A stretch of 64,000 nt of DNA, from the NCBI GenBank assembly GCA_016211215.1, contig JACQSR010000033.1, positions 4,766 through 68,765 on the forward strand, read 5' to 3'. Below the pieces are notes generated by a model that saw nothing but the letters and a program-made list of their open reading frames with translations, had not been told where the DNA came from and made no database searches. This document shows positions 8,073 to 18,513 of this stretch, piece by piece (positions within the stretch are counted from its first letter, which is position 1; every line of letters starts with the position of its first letter). This DNA comes from Candidatus Woesearchaeota archaeon. GTDB lineage: Archaea > Nanobdellota > Nanobdellia > Woesearchaeales > JACQSR01. The position numbers and the translations under genes are program-made.

Positions 8073-8740
8073 AACAGTCATCAATATTTGAGGTTTATGA
8101 GGAGCAGAAAGGCAAGCGCAGATTCCTATACACAAAATCCATCCTGAAGGGCAATGATGTTTACGGGGAGAGGATAGTAAATGAAGGCAACGATGAGTAC
8201 CGCGAATGGAACCCCCAAAAATCAAAGCTTTGCGCTGCAATATTGAACGGAGTGCCCAACATATTCCTGAGGAAAGGTGATTTTGTGCTGTACCTCGGCT
8301 CGTCAACAGGGACAACCGTATCGCATGTATCCGACATTGTTGGCACCGAAGGCCTTGTATTCGCAATCGATATTGCGCCAATTGTAATGAGGGACCTTGT
8401 CTTTTTGTCGGAAAAAAGAAACAACATTGTTCCGGTTCTTGCAGACGCAAACATGCCTGAAACTTACCGGGAGAGAATTTCCCTCGTGGATTTCCTATAC
8501 CAGGATGTTGCCCAGAAGAACCAGGTTGAGATTTTCCTCAAGAACGCAAGGATGTATCTGAAGAAAGGGGGCTATGCGCTCATCGCAGTAAAGGCAAGAA
8601 GCATTGACGTCTCCAAGCGCCCAGGAGAGGTGTACAGGCAGGTATTCAATGAAATTGAAAAAAGCGGCATGAAGATTATAGACAAGAGAAACCTCGACCC
8701 CTTCCAGAGGGACCACCTGATGCTGTTCTGCAAGTATTGA
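8069..8740 (+). CDS. flpA: fibrillarin, rRNA/tRNA 2'-O-methyltransferase
   Basis: YREWNPQKSKLCAAIL and VLYLGSSTGTTVSHVSDIV (SAM-binding motif). ATGA overlap with nop5. Confidence 0.9.
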   Translation: MKQSSIFEVYEEQKGKRRFLYTKSILKGNDVYGERIVNEGNDEYREWNPQKSKLCAAILNGVPNIFLRKGDFVLYLGSSTGTTVSHVSDIVGTEGLVFAIDIAPIVMRDLVFLSEKRNNIVPVLADANMPETYRERISLVDFLYQDVAQKNQVEIFLKNARMYLKKGGYALIAVKARSIDVSKRPGEVYRQVFNEIEKSGMKIIDKRNLDPFQRDHLMLFCKY

Positions 8741-8804
8741 CTAATTCGCCGACAAACTGAGTACTGACCAAACATTTAAAAGCAGTTTCACATCCACTTC
8801 CGCC

Positions 8805-9680
8805 ATGGAAAAGGGCACAGACACTTTGAAGAAGGGGCTTGCGGAGATGCTCAAGGGCGGCGTTATCATGGACGTCACAAACGCCGAGCAGGCAAAAATA
8901 GCCGAAAAGGCCGGCGCTGTTTCTGTAATGGCCCTGGAAAGGGTTCCTGCCGACATAAGGGCTGACGGCGGAGTGGCAAGGATGGCAGACCCCTCGAAGA
9001 TAAAAGAGATAATGGAATCAGTCACAATTCCCGTCATGGCAAAGGTCCGTATAGGCCATTTTGTTGAAGCCCAGATTCTTCAGGCGATTGGCGTTGATTT
9101 TATAGACGAATCCGAAGTGCTTACTCCGGCTGACGACAAACACCACATTGACAAGCGCAAATTCTCCATCCCTTTTGTATGCGGCGCTCGCGACCTTGGC
9201 GAGGCGCTGAGGCGCATAAATGAAGGCGCTGCAATGATAAGGACAAAAGGCGAAGCCGGGACCGGCAACATCGTCGAGGCAGTACGCCACGTCCGCACGG
9301 TTGCAGAACAGATACGCAGCCTAAAGAAATTTCAGGACGGAATGCTCAGGAAAGAATCAGAAAAAATGAGGGTTCCTTACAGGCTTCTGATTGACACATT
9401 GCGCCTGGGCCGGTTGCCTGTCGTTAATTTCTCTGCCGGCGGTGTAGCCTCTCCAGCGGATGCCGCGCTTATGATGCAGCTCGGATGCGACGGTGTTTTT
9501 GTCGGCTCTGGAATATTCAAGAGCGAGGACCCAAAATCCATGGCCAGCGCAATCGTAAAGGCAACAACCTATTTCGACAAGCCTGAAGTTGTTGCAAAGG
9601 TTTCCGAGAATCTTGGCATGCCCATGAGCGGGCTCGAGATTTCCAAGCTTGACATAAGGCTTCAGGAAAGGGGATGGTAA
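8805..9680 (+). CDS. pdxS: pyridoxal 5'-phosphate synthase subunit PdxS
   Basis: [35 protein letters not shown] and [12 protein letters not shown] are PdxS hallmarks. Confidence 0.95.
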   Translation: MEKGTDTLKKGLAEMLKGGVIMDVTNAEQAKIAEKAGAVSVMALERVPADIRADGGVARMADPSKIKEIMESVTIPVMAKVRIGHFVEAQILQAIGVDFIDESEVLTPADDKHHIDKRKFSIPFVCGARDLGEALRRINEGAAMIRTKGEAGTGNIVEAVRHVRTVAEQIRSLKKFQDGMLRKESEKMRVPYRLLIDTLRLGRLPVVNFSAGGVASPADAALMMQLGCDGVFVGSGIFKSEDPKSMASAIVKATTYFDKPEVVAKVSENLGMPMSGLEISKLDIRLQERGW

Positions 9681-10246
9681 TGCGCATAGGTGTTCTTGCC
9701 CTGCAGGGAGCATTCAGGGAGCACTCAATAATGCTGCAAAGCCTTGGCGTGCAGCCTGTGCTTGTGAAAACCAAGGAAGATTTTTCCGGGCTTGACGGGC
9801 TTATAATTCCCGGTGGAGAATCTACCACAATCTCAAACATCATGTATTCAAGAGGCATAGATGCTTCCATCCTGAACCTCCACAAGCGGGGAATACCCAT
9901 CTATGGTACGTGCGCAGGCGCAGTTATTCTCTCAAAAGATTCAGGCTCAAAGGTTAAGCCCCTTGGAATTCTGGACATTTCAGTAAAAAGGAATGGCTAC
10001 GGCACCCAAAAGGATTCCTTTGAAGCGCCCCTTCAAATAAGGGGAATTGGGGATTTCAACGGAATTTTCATTCGTGCGCCCATTGTAACATCTTACGAAA
10101 ATGGGGCGGAGATTCTGTCAGAGCACGGCAATAGCCCCGTGATGATAAGGTCTGGAAACATACTCATTACAACATTCCATCCGGAACTTACGGAAGATTC
10201 AGGGGTTCATTCCATGTTTCTGGACATGGTCAAGCGCAACATTTAA
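9674..10246 (+). CDS. pdxT: pyridoxal 5'-phosphate synthase glutaminase subunit PdxT
   Basis: [19 protein letters not shown] and GTCAG (catalytic Cys). Overlaps pdxS. Confidence 0.9.
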   Translation: MVMRIGVLALQGAFREHSIMLQSLGVQPVLVKTKEDFSGLDGLIIPGGESTTISNIMYSRGIDASILNLHKRGIPIYGTCAGAVILSKDSGSKVKPLGILDISVKRNGYGTQKDSFEAPLQIRGIGDFNGIFIRAPIVTSYENGAEILSEHGNSPVMIRSGNILITTFHPELTEDSGVHSMFLDMVKRNI

Positions 10247-10279
10247 GTATTAGGCAATCTACCTGTCTGTGTATCAAGA

Positions 10280-10516
10280 ATGGCCAAAGTAAAAGTTTAC
10301 ACCACACCCACGTGCCCCTGGTGCGTTAGGGCCAAGGAATTTCTTAACAGGCATAAGGTGAAGTACGCAGAAGTGGATGTGGCCAGTGACGATAAGGCAA
10401 GGGATGAGATGGTCGAGAAATCCGGCCAGATGGGCGTTCCGGTTATAGAAGTGGACGGCAAGATAGTGGTTGGTTTTGACAGGGAAGCCCTCACGAAGAT
10501 TCTAAAATTGCAGTAA
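10280..10516 (+). CDS. glutaredoxin-like protein (CPWC active site)
   Basis: 78 aa with a TCPWC motif, GVPVIEVDG, and thioredoxin-fold length. Confidence 0.8.
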   Translation: MAKVKVYTTPTCPWCVRAKEFLNRHKVKYAEVDVASDDKARDEMVEKSGQMGVPVIEVDGKIVVGFDREALTKILKLQ

Positions 10517-10580
10517 AAGCAAAAGGTTTCAACCATTGTGTAGCACGCCACAGAAACCTCAAGATTATAGCATTCCTGAT

Positions 10581-11555
10581 TTATTCGTATATCACTTTTC
10601 CCTTGTTTATGTCTTCATACGCAGAAAATGCCGCTATGACTCCTTCCGCAACCGCCGTAATTGCCTGCTTCCATTCGGTTTGTGTTATATCCCCCATGGC
10701 ATACACTCCTGAGACATTGGTCCTAGAATGACTGTCGATTACAACATCGCCTTTCTCATTAAGCCTTACACCCAGTTTCTTTGCAAGCTCGTTTTGGGGA
10801 AGATGCCCTATCTCAATGAAAAGTCCGTCGAGCTTGAATTCCCTGCTTCCATTGTAAGGCTTGTCAAATATCACATGGGTTAATTTTTTGTCGCCCTTAA
10901 TCTCGGCAACATTCGTAAAATTGATTATCTTTATGTTCTTTTTCTCGCTGATGCGCTCCATGTTTATGGGCTCAGGCCTGATTTTCTCGCCCCGGTAAAT
11001 GACGTACACCTCCTTTCCGTATTCTGACAGCAGCAACGCCTCCTTTGCCGCAGAATCGGACCCCCCAACAACGCCTATTTTTGCTCCCTTGAAAAACGCA
11101 GCATCGCATGTGGCGCAGTATGAAACGCCCTTTCCGTAGAACTCGCTCTCGCCCGGAACCCCAAGCTGCTTCCTTTTTGTCCCGGTTGCGATGAACACAG
11201 TTTTTGCGGAATACTCTGCACCGGAATTCAACACAACGGAGAAGTGGTCGTTTTTCCTTTTTACATCGGCAACTTCCTCCTCAAGGGTTTTAACGCCAAG
11301 ATATTCTGCATGCTCCTTAAAGCGGTTCCCGAGCTCCAGGCCGGAAATGGTTGAGAAAGCCGGATAATTCTCGACTACATGGGTAGTGGTTATCAGCCCC
11401 CCTACCTCTTTTGCTATAACAAGCGTCTTTAGGCGGAACCTCGCTGCATAAACTGCTGCCCCGTATCCTGCAACCCCGCCGCCGACAATAATCACGTCAT
11501 AAATCTCTTTTGCCATGCCAGAAGAAAGAAACGCCCCATTTATATAGTTTTTCAT
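10581..11555 (-). CDS. trxB: thioredoxin-disulfide reductase
   Basis: YDVIIVGGGVAGYGAA (FAD-binding), CATCDA redox centre and GGSDSA (NADPH-binding). An alternative start MAKEIYDV lies at 11516. Confidence 0.9.
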   Translation of the reverse strand: MKNYINGAFLSSGMAKEIYDVIIVGGGVAGYGAAVYAARFRLKTLVIAKEVGGLITTTHVVENYPAFSTISGLELGNRFKEHAEYLGVKTLEEEVADVKRKNDHFSVVLNSGAEYSAKTVFIATGTKRKQLGVPGESEFYGKGVSYCATCDAAFFKGAKIGVVGGSDSAAKEALLLSEYGKEVYVIYRGEKIRPEPINMERISEKKNIKIINFTNVAEIKGDKKLTHVIFDKPYNGSREFKLDGLFIEIGHLPQNELAKKLGVRLNEKGDVVIDSHSRTNVSGVYAMGDITQTEWKQAITAVAEGVIAAFSAYEDINKGKVIYE

Positions 11556-11574
11556 GAGACATCATAGAATATAT

Positions 11575-12312
11575 TCAGTCCTTGTTCAGCCATTCGTATC
11601 CCTCTTTCTCGAGATGGTTTATTAATTCAGGCCCCCCCTCGCGGACAATCCTGCCGCCCATCATAATGTATACCCTTGAAGGCTTTATGTAGTCAAGCAG
11701 CCTCTTGTAGTGCGTAATCACCAGCACTCCTGTGCCCCCTCTTGCAATGGAATTTATCCCATTTGCAACTATCCTTAAGGCATCTATATCCAGCCCGGAA
11801 TCAGTTTCATCCAGTATCGCTATCTTCGGCTTAAGCATCAGCATCTGCAGTATTTCAGCTTTCTTTTTCTCTCCTCCTGAAAAGCCCTCGTTAATGTAGC
11901 GCTCCGAAAAGCCCTCGTCTATCTTCAGCATGGCCATTTTTTCCCTTAGCAGATTCATAAACTCAGCAATGTCAATCGGCTTTCCGCTGTGCGAGTTTAA
12001 CGCGGTCCTCAAAAAGTTGGATATGGAAACTCCCGGAATCTCAAAGGGGTTCTGGAAAGAAAGGAAAAGCCCCTGCCTCGACCTTTCATCCGGCTTCATC
12101 TGTGTTATGTCCCTGCCATCCAGAAATGCAGAACCCTTGTCAATTTTGTACTTTGGATGCCCCATTAAGGCATAGGACAATGAGCTTTTTCCGGAAGCAT
12201 TTGGACCCATCAGCGCCACAACTTCCCCCTTGTCCACCTTCAAATTTACCTCTTTGACTATTTGCTCCCCATCAACGCTCACATTCACGCCCCTGACTTC
12301 GAGGTATGCCAT
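11575..12312 (-). CDS. sufC: Fe-S cluster assembly ATPase SufC
   Basis: Walker A GPNASGKSS, signature FSGGEKKK, and Walker B ILDETDSGLD. Start trimmed to MAYLEVRG, 1 nt after the sufU stop. Confidence 0.9.
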   Translation of the reverse strand: MAYLEVRGVNVSVDGEQIVKEVNLKVDKGEVVALMGPNASGKSSLSYALMGHPKYKIDKGSAFLDGRDITQMKPDERSRQGLFLSFQNPFEIPGVSISNFLRTALNSHSGKPIDIAEFMNLLREKMAMLKIDEGFSERYINEGFSGGEKKKAEILQMLMLKPKIAILDETDSGLDIDALRIVANGINSIARGGTGVLVITHYKRLLDYIKPSRVYIMMGGRIVREGGPELINHLEKEGYEWLNKD

Positions 12313-12313
12313 G

Positions 12314-12712
12314 TTAGATTCCATGCTCCCGCAATCCATATTTGTGTTTTGAGATTCCTGCAGTCATGACCTGGAAACCCAGCAAGGCGCACTTCATCCT
12401 TAATGGGGACAGCGGAATTCCAAGCAGCTTTATCACATCATCGCTTTTTATGCCTTTCACATCCCCAATATTCTTACCCTTGATTTTTTCCGTCAGCATC
12501 GAAGCCGAAGCCTGGGATATTGCGCAGCCATGGCCCTGGAATTTCACATCAGATATTTTTCCCCTGTCAATCTTGATTGTAATGCTTATGTCATCCCCGC
12601 ACAATGGATTATGGTCATGATGCTGTATGTCTGCATTCTCCACGACACCATAATTTCTTGGGTGCTTGAAATGGTCTATGATGTTTTCCAGGTACAGTTT
12701 TTCCATTCCCAT
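12314..12712 (-). CDS. Fe-S scaffold protein of the IscU/SufU (NifU N-terminal) family
   Basis: NPLCGD, GHGCAISQASAS and LRMKCALL cysteine motifs. Start trimmed to MGMEKLY, immediately after the sufS stop. Confidence 0.85.
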   Translation of the reverse strand: MGMEKLYLENIIDHFKHPRNYGVVENADIQHHDHNPLCGDDISITIKIDRGKISDVKFQGHGCAISQASASMLTEKIKGKNIGDVKGIKSDDVIKLLGIPLSPLRMKCALLGFQVMTAGISKHKYGLREHGI

Positions 12713-12713
12713 C

Positions 12714-13916
12714 TTACACCTTAAAGAGCTTTCTTCCCTTTTCAATTCCGTTTGCAATCCTGTCAGCATCTTCCTTCGTGTTGTATATGTAAAACGACGC
12801 CCGGGAAGTCCCATTGACGCCAAGGTATTTCATTAAGGGCATTGCGCAGTGGTGGCCTGCGCGTATGCATATTCCCTCCGCATCTAGGATGGCAGCCATG
12901 TCATGCGGCGGTATTCCCCTAAAGTCAAAAGATATTATGCTGCCCTTGTGTCTTGAGTTCCCGATTATTCTTAACCCTTCGATTTCAGAAAGCCTCCTTG
13001 TTGCATATGCAAGAATCATTTTTCCGTGGTCCCTTATATTGTCCATTCCAATGCTCCTCAGGTATCCAATGGCACGGTCAAACCCTATGGCCCCCGCAAT
13101 GTTCTGCGTTCCGGCCTCAAATTTCCAGGGAAGCTCGTTGAATTTTGCAGATTCATATGAAACCTCCCTTATCATCTCCCCGCCGTACAGGAAAGGTCTC
13201 ATCCCCTCAAGGATTTCCTTTTTCCCGTAAAGGCACCCGATTCCTGTTGGACCGAGCATCTTGTGCGCGGAAAACGCAAGAAAATCGCAGTCAAGCTTTT
13301 TTACGCTGATTTGGAAATGGGGAACGCTCTGGGCTCCATCAACCATAATCATCGCGCCATTGGAATGCGCAATCCTTCCAATCTCCCTGGCATCGTTTAT
13401 TGTCCCAAGGACATTTGACATGTGCGCAATTGAAACCAGCTTTGTTTTCCGCGAGATTGCTTTCTTTGCGCTCTCCATGTCTATGCTCCCATCTTCAAGC
13501 AGCTCAATGTATTTCAGCCTCGCACCGCTCATCTTTGCAACATGCTGCCACGGCACCAGATTTGAATGGTGCTCCATGCGCGAAAGTACTATCTCATCCC
13601 CCTTCTGAAATTCAGGCAGCAGGGAGTATGCGACAAGATTTATAGACTCCGTTGTGTTTCTTGTGAATACCATCTCCTGGAAGCCCGCATCAACAAATCT
13701 GCCGGCATTTTCATGGGCTTTCTCATACATCTCCGTAGCTTCCTCGCTTATCTTGTATATCCCGCGGTGTATGTTGGCATTGTGCATGGTGTAATAATCG
13801 TCCATGGCGTCAAGGACGCATTTTGGCTTTTGGGTTGTTGCGGCATTGTCCAGGTAAGCAATCTCTTTGCCGTTTATTCTCCTCTTCAGTATTGGAAAGT
13901 CTTTTTTTGCATTCAT
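12714..13916 (-). CDS. sufS: cysteine desulfurase SufS (class V aminotransferase)
   Basis: YLDNAATTQKP, the SAHKMLGPTGIG PLP-lysine motif, and RAGHHCA with the active-site Cys. Start trimmed to MNAKKDF. Confidence 0.9.
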   Translation of the reverse strand: MNAKKDFPILKRRINGKEIAYLDNAATTQKPKCVLDAMDDYYTMHNANIHRGIYKISEEATEMYEKAHENAGRFVDAGFQEMVFTRNTTESINLVAYSLLPEFQKGDEIVLSRMEHHSNLVPWQHVAKMSGARLKYIELLEDGSIDMESAKKAISRKTKLVSIAHMSNVLGTINDAREIGRIAHSNGAMIMVDGAQSVPHFQISVKKLDCDFLAFSAHKMLGPTGIGCLYGKKEILEGMRPFLYGGEMIREVSYESAKFNELPWKFEAGTQNIAGAIGFDRAIGYLRSIGMDNIRDHGKMILAYATRRLSEIEGLRIIGNSRHKGSIISFDFRGIPPHDMAAILDAEGICIRAGHHCAMPLMKYLGVNGTSRASFYIYNTKEDADRIANGIEKGRKLFKV

Positions 13917-13920
13917 ATTC

Positions 13921-14715
13921 TTAGCCCCATATGCCTGCCATTTTGCCATCCATAATCTCCCCAAGCATCTCTCTCATGCCTGAAGCCATGCCGCCGCCAA
14001 GAATAAATCCTTCCACAATCATTCTCTTCGCATCTTCTTCCAAAAGGCCGCGAGACTGCAGATAGAACATCTTTTCCCCGTCAACATGCGTCACTTTTGC
14101 ATCATGGGAGCACCTTACATCCGGATTCCTGATTTTCAGCAAGGGCAAAAACTGAATCCGTGCGTTATCGCTTAGTATAAGGCAGTTGTTGTCCTGGTAT
14201 CCGTCGCTGGACGAGGCATTTTTTTCAACCTCTATGAGTCCGGTGCACTTCGCATCCGCACGCCCGTCTACAATTCCCCTCGTCAAAAGCCTCGATGTGG
14301 AGTTTTTGCCGCTGTGGACAATTTTTACATTAATGTCAACTTTTTTCTCCCCGGTGCATATAAAGTATACCCTGTCCTCAGCCTGCGCATTGTCGCCCAT
14401 TTCAATTAGGGTCTCAGCAGCATCATTTCCGCCAAGATTGCAGCAAAAAAGCTTCAGCCCTGCATTATTTCCAACGTAAAAAGACGCAAAAGAAGGCAGC
14501 ATTGACGCAAATTCCAGCTCTGAATTCCTGTCAACATACACCCTGAGGCTATTGCAGTTTGGTTCCTTCTGGATTATCCTTTTCTTCACTCCGGGCTTGC
14601 AGTGCACAAGAAGATTTTCTCCACTGATTGTAGTTACATCGGGAGAATCTTCATCAATGGTTATTATCCTTGCATTTTTTTCATAGCCCCCGAAGTATTT
14701 CCTGATGTCTTTCAT
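13921..14715 (-). CDS. sufD: Fe-S cluster assembly protein SufD (short form)
   Basis: C-terminal SufBD beta-helix block (AKVTHVDGEKMFYLQSRGL..EDAKRMIVEGF). Lies between sufB and sufS. Confidence 0.75.
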   Translation of the reverse strand: MKDIRKYFGGYEKNARIITIDEDSPDVTTISGENLLVHCKPGVKKRIIQKEPNCNSLRVYVDRNSELEFASMLPSFASFYVGNNAGLKLFCCNLGGNDAAETLIEMGDNAQAEDRVYFICTGEKKVDINVKIVHSGKNSTSRLLTRGIVDGRADAKCTGLIEVEKNASSSDGYQDNNCLILSDNARIQFLPLLKIRNPDVRCSHDAKVTHVDGEKMFYLQSRGLLEEDAKRMIVEGFILGGGMASGMREMLGEIMDGKMAGIWG

Positions 14716-16100
14716 CCCACCGAGCCCCCCATTCCCATCTGGATTAGATTGTTGAGCTCAACTGCGTATTCCAATGGAAGTTCCTTTGCAACCGGCTCTA
14801 TAAATCCGCTTACAACCATCTGCATGGCCTGCTCTTCATCAATGCCCCTGCTCATGAGGTAAAACAGCATTTCTTCGTTTATTTTACCGACGGTAGCTTC
14901 ATGGCCAACATCTGCCCTTTCTGCATGCACGTCAATGTGCGGGTAAGCGTTAGCCTCGCTTGAGCTGCCCCTCACCAAAGAGTCGCACTTCACGCTTGAC
15001 TTTGAGTTTGCAGCATTCTTTGCTATCTGCACAATGCCCCTGTATGTTGTAATTCCCCCCGAGCTTATGCCCTTGGAGATTATGTTGGAGCTTGTTTCCG
15101 GGGCAAGATGGAACACCTTTGCGCCCGTATCCTGGTTTTGGCCCTTTGCGGCAAACGCTATGCTTATGTGGTTGGCGGAAGATTTCCTGCCAACAAGAAG
15201 TGTGCACGGATAAAGCATCGTAACGCCGCTTCCCAAATTGCCCCCTACCCATTCCATGACTGCATTCTCCTCAACAATTGCTCGCTTCGTGTTGAGGTTG
15301 TATGTGTTTATGCTCCAGTTTTCAACAGAGCTGTACCTTACCCTTGAGTTTTTCTTCGCAAATACCTCAACGCATCCTGCATGTATGGAATTTTCATTGT
15401 ATCGGGGCGCCGAACACCCCTCGACATAATGCACCCTGGCGCCTTCCTCCACTATGATTAGCGTATGCTCGAACTGCCCCATGCTTCTTGAGTTCATCCT
15501 GAAGTATGCCTGCAGCGGAAGCTTTACCTCAACCCCTTTTGGAACGTACAGGAACGTGCCGCCGGACCACACAGCACCGTGCAATGCCGCATACCTGTGC
15601 AAATTTGCAGGAACGCACTTCATGAAATATTTCCTGAACAGCTCAGGATGCTCTCTCAATGCGACATCACAGTCCTCAAAAATTACGCCCTGCTCGGTCA
15701 GCTCTTTTTTCATGTTGTGGTAAACAACATCGCTGTCAAACTGTGCTCCAACCCCGGCTAACGCGCGCTGTTCCGCTTCAGGTATCCCCAATTTCTCAAA
15801 TGTCCTCTTGATTTCAGGCTCCACATTATCCCAGCTCCTTGCATTCTTTTTCGCATCAGGCTCCAAAAAACAGGTAATCTTGTCCATGTTCAGCTTGCTT
15901 AAATCCGGCCCCCATCCGGGATTCTTCATGCCATTGTAAATTTCAAGCGAGCTCAGCCTGTGCTTTAGCATCCACTCAGGCTCATTTTTCTTCGCGGAAA
16001 TCTGCCTTACAACATCTTCAGTAAGCCCCGGTGCAGTCCTGAACTTAATTCCAACCTTGTCCACGTGGTCGTAAAGCTCCCTGTTTACTGAAATTTCCAT
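14712..16100 (-). CDS. sufB: Fe-S cluster assembly protein SufB
   Basis: Typical SufB blocks HEATVGKINEEMLFYLMSRGI, GCSAP and FEHTLIIVEEGA. First gene of the suf cluster. Confidence 0.9.
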   Translation of the reverse strand: MEISVNRELYDHVDKVGIKFRTAPGLTEDVVRQISAKKNEPEWMLKHRLSSLEIYNGMKNPGWGPDLSKLNMDKITCFLEPDAKKNARSWDNVEPEIKRTFEKLGIPEAEQRALAGVGAQFDSDVVYHNMKKELTEQGVIFEDCDVALREHPELFRKYFMKCVPANLHRYAALHGAVWSGGTFLYVPKGVEVKLPLQAYFRMNSRSMGQFEHTLIIVEEGARVHYVEGCSAPRYNENSIHAGCVEVFAKKNSRVRYSSVENWSINTYNLNTKRAIVEENAVMEWVGGNLGSGVTMLYPCTLLVGRKSSANHISIAFAAKGQNQDTGAKVFHLAPETSSNIISKGISSGGITTYRGIVQIAKNAANSKSSVKCDSLVRGSSSEANAYPHIDVHAERADVGHEATVGKINEEMLFYLMSRGIDEEQAMQMVVSGFIEPVAKELPLEYAVELNNLIQMGMGGSVG

Positions 16101-16103
16101 AGG

Positions 16104-16133
16104 AACTTAACGATAGTTAAGTTATTTATAAAT
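16104..16133 (-). promoter_or_regulatory. suf promoter: a TATA box (16124..16133) followed by a perfect 8+8 palindrome AACTTAAC-gata-GTTAAGTT (16104..16123) abutting the sufB ATG
   Basis: Read directly. The minus strand reads CATTTATAAATAACTTAACTATCGTTAAGTTCCT-ATG. Confidence 0.55.
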
Positions 16134-16146
16134 GTTTCGTGAATTT

Positions 16147-16401
16147 TCACCCATACCTTACTTTCAGAACTATCAGCGATATTGCAAGCACGGACTCAAT
16201 AACTGCACCCCCGACAAGAGGCCAGCTATTTATGCCTATTCCATAAACCAACCACAGAACCAGCCCAAAAATGTAAAGTGAATTCCATAGAATCGAAATA
16301 TCTTTTGTTGACTTTGTTCTCCACGATTTAATGACCTGCGGCGTCAATGACAGGGCCATCACAACCATGGCAGCGTATCCCACTAACTCTATTAATGCCA
16401 T
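16147..16401 (-). CDS. SemiSWEET / PQ-loop family small transporter
   Basis: 84 aa with three hydrophobic helices and the PQ motif LTPQVIKSW. Confidence 0.7.
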   Translation of the reverse strand: MALIELVGYAAMVVMALSLTPQVIKSWRTKSTKDISILWNSLYIFGLVLWLVYGIGINSWPLVGGAVIESVLAISLIVLKVRYG

Positions 16402-16449
16402 AGAGTCTATCTTACTCCTGTGCTTAAATATGTTTTTGTCCCAGCAGAA

Positions 16450-16713
16450 CTAAACAATCTTCTTCGTCTTATTCTCGTCCCAGACGCTTATCACATTAAC
16501 CGGGCATGACTGTGCAGCGTCCTTGTTTGCCGCAAAATCCTTCTCTTCTATTACTCTCTCCTCAGTGCCATCCGGCATTCTTTTCCCGCCCTTTATGGAA
16601 GACTTATCGTCTGATGCCATCTCCCAGTAATCAGGGGCAATTGCGACACATGCCGCGCACCCTATGCAGTTTGGCCTGTCATGCCTTAACATATATTTTG
16701 TCATAAAAATCAC
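16450..16713 (-). CDS. small ferredoxin (single 4Fe-4S cluster type)
   Basis: CIGCAACVAIAP plus a distal SCPVNVI cysteine. The start abuts the stop of the dehydrogenase gene. Confidence 0.7.
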   Translation of the reverse strand: MIFMTKYMLRHDRPNCIGCAACVAIAPDYWEMASDDKSSIKGGKRMPDGTEERVIEEKDFAANKDAAQSCPVNVISVWDENKTKKIV

Positions 16714-17832
16714 CTACAAATGCAGCCTCTTCGCATTGAAAATCCTTTCCTTCGCAATCTCTATTCCCGCTTCCCTCGGTGTTATGGAATTTCTCTTCGA
16801 GCGCTCGAGAACAAGCTTCGTGTTGGGGCATATCTTGCTCTCAACTATCGGAAAGACATCATCGGCCTTGCCCCCTATGTGCTCTACATATGATGATATG
16901 ACCCCTCCCGCATTCGCGATGAAATCCGGCACCACTATTGTTCCGGCCTGGTGCAGTTTTTTCTCAATCTCAAATGTTGCAGGTATATTCGCTCCTTCCA
17001 CAATAATCCTTGCCTTTACCTTGCCAACATTGCGCTCATTTATCACGTTTGGCTTTGCAGCAGGAATCAGCACATCAACTTCAATCTCAAATATTGCCTC
17101 CTGCGGTATTTTCATGACGCCAGAATATTCCACCACCGAGCCGCCCCTGCTCTTAATCCCAATCAGCTTTTGAACGTCAAGCCCCTTTTCATCCACAATC
17201 GCGCCCCTCGAGTCCGATACTGAAATTATCTTCGCGCCGGCCTTTGCCAAATATTCTGCAGCGAATGTGCCCACATTTCCAAACCCTTCAATTGCCACTG
17301 TTGCACCTGATACAGGAATTCCTGCATGCTCCAGCGCAACCAGTGTGGAATGGTAAACCCCATAGCCCGTGCTTCCAAGCTCGTGGGGAATCCCGCATGC
17401 GTAACCCTCGCACAAATCATTTGGCTTCCCCGTGGCAGATTTGATATTCCCGTTAGCCTTGACAAACACTTCCATTTCATGCTCGCCCATGTACATGTCC
17501 GGCCCGGCAATATAGGTTGATGGCACCAATCTTCTTATCGCCCTTGCAAAAGAAGCAACAATCCGGTCTTTCTCTTCCCTGCTCAGTTTCTTGGAATCCG
17601 CAATAATGCCTGATTTTGCTCCGCCAAAAGGAATCTCTGCAAGTGCGTTCTTGAAAGTCATGGCCCTCGCCAAAGAAGCAACTTCCTCAACGCTTACATC
17701 AGGCGTCATCCTTATGCCCCCTTTCCCAGGACCCAGCGTTGTGTTGTCTATAACGGTTATTCCCCTCATCCCCGTAACCGGGTCATAAACCTGAAGAACC
17801 TTTTCAGGGCCGAATTCATCAAAGACAACCAT
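16714..17832 (-). CDS. Glu/Leu/Phe/Val dehydrogenase family protein (probable glutamate dehydrogenase)
   Basis: GPGKGGIRMTP catalytic-lysine block, FGGAKSG, and the GFGNVG Rossmann motif. At 372 aa it is short for a GDH, so substrate specificity is uncertain. Confidence 0.75.
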   Translation of the reverse strand: MVVFDEFGPEKVLQVYDPVTGMRGITVIDNTTLGPGKGGIRMTPDVSVEEVASLARAMTFKNALAEIPFGGAKSGIIADSKKLSREEKDRIVASFARAIRRLVPSTYIAGPDMYMGEHEMEVFVKANGNIKSATGKPNDLCEGYACGIPHELGSTGYGVYHSTLVALEHAGIPVSGATVAIEGFGNVGTFAAEYLAKAGAKIISVSDSRGAIVDEKGLDVQKLIGIKSRGGSVVEYSGVMKIPQEAIFEIEVDVLIPAAKPNVINERNVGKVKARIIVEGANIPATFEIEKKLHQAGTIVVPDFIANAGGVISSYVEHIGGKADDVFPIVESKICPNTKLVLERSKRNSITPREAGIEIAKERIFNAKRLHL

Positions 17833-17910
17833 ACAAAGATGGGAAAAGAGGGGGTATATAAATTTTGCTCTAAACCTTAATGTGGTTTAAAATTTGAGTG
17901 GCACCCAGGC

Positions 17911-18513
17911 TCAAATCTTCCTCCCTTCAGTCAATACGGCAAGAATTCCAACGCGCTTCTGGCAGGCCACCTTAAGCCCTACATCCTCAAACAAAGATTT
18001 CATCTCACCTGGCGTATGCATGCCTGCATTGCCCGGCTCAATCCTTTCCATAAGCCTGTTGACGGAAGGAAACAGGAATTCGGGCTCTGAAACAATTACA
18101 AAACCATTCTTCCTGCACACCCTTTTCATCTCTTTAAGACTTTTCTCCTGCTGCTCAAAATGGTGGAACGCCTCGGTGCATATTACATAGTCAAACGAAT
18201 TGGCATTGTAAGGCAGGCTCTGAACCACGCCCATCCTTAGCCTGGCATTTTTCCCCATTCTCTTTTTTGCAATTGCAAGCATTTCAGGAGAAAAGTCAAT
18301 GCCGTGCAGCTCTGCTTTTGGAAAACGCTCATGCAGTTTTTGAAGCGCATAGCCCGTTCCGCATCCAATGTCAAGTATCTTAATATCTTTTCCCCTGATT
18401 CTTTCAATGGTTTTTTTCTGCAGCCACCTGAGCCACGGCGTGAACGGATGCCAGTCGTAAAACTTTGCAAATCCGCTAAACAGCTTCCTTGACTGCTCTT
18501 CTTTTTTTCCCAC
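17911..18513 (-). CDS. class I SAM-dependent methyltransferase
   Basis: ILDIGCGTG motif I and a Methyltransf_11-like layout. Confidence 0.8.
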   Translation of the reverse strand: MGKKEEQSRKLFSGFAKFYDWHPFTPWLRWLQKKTIERIRGKDIKILDIGCGTGYALQKLHERFPKAELHGIDFSPEMLAIAKKRMGKNARLRMGVVQSLPYNANSFDYVICTEAFHHFEQQEKSLKEMKRVCRKNGFVIVSEPEFLFPSVNRLMERIEPGNAGMHTPGEMKSLFEDVGLKVACQKRVGILAVLTEGRKI

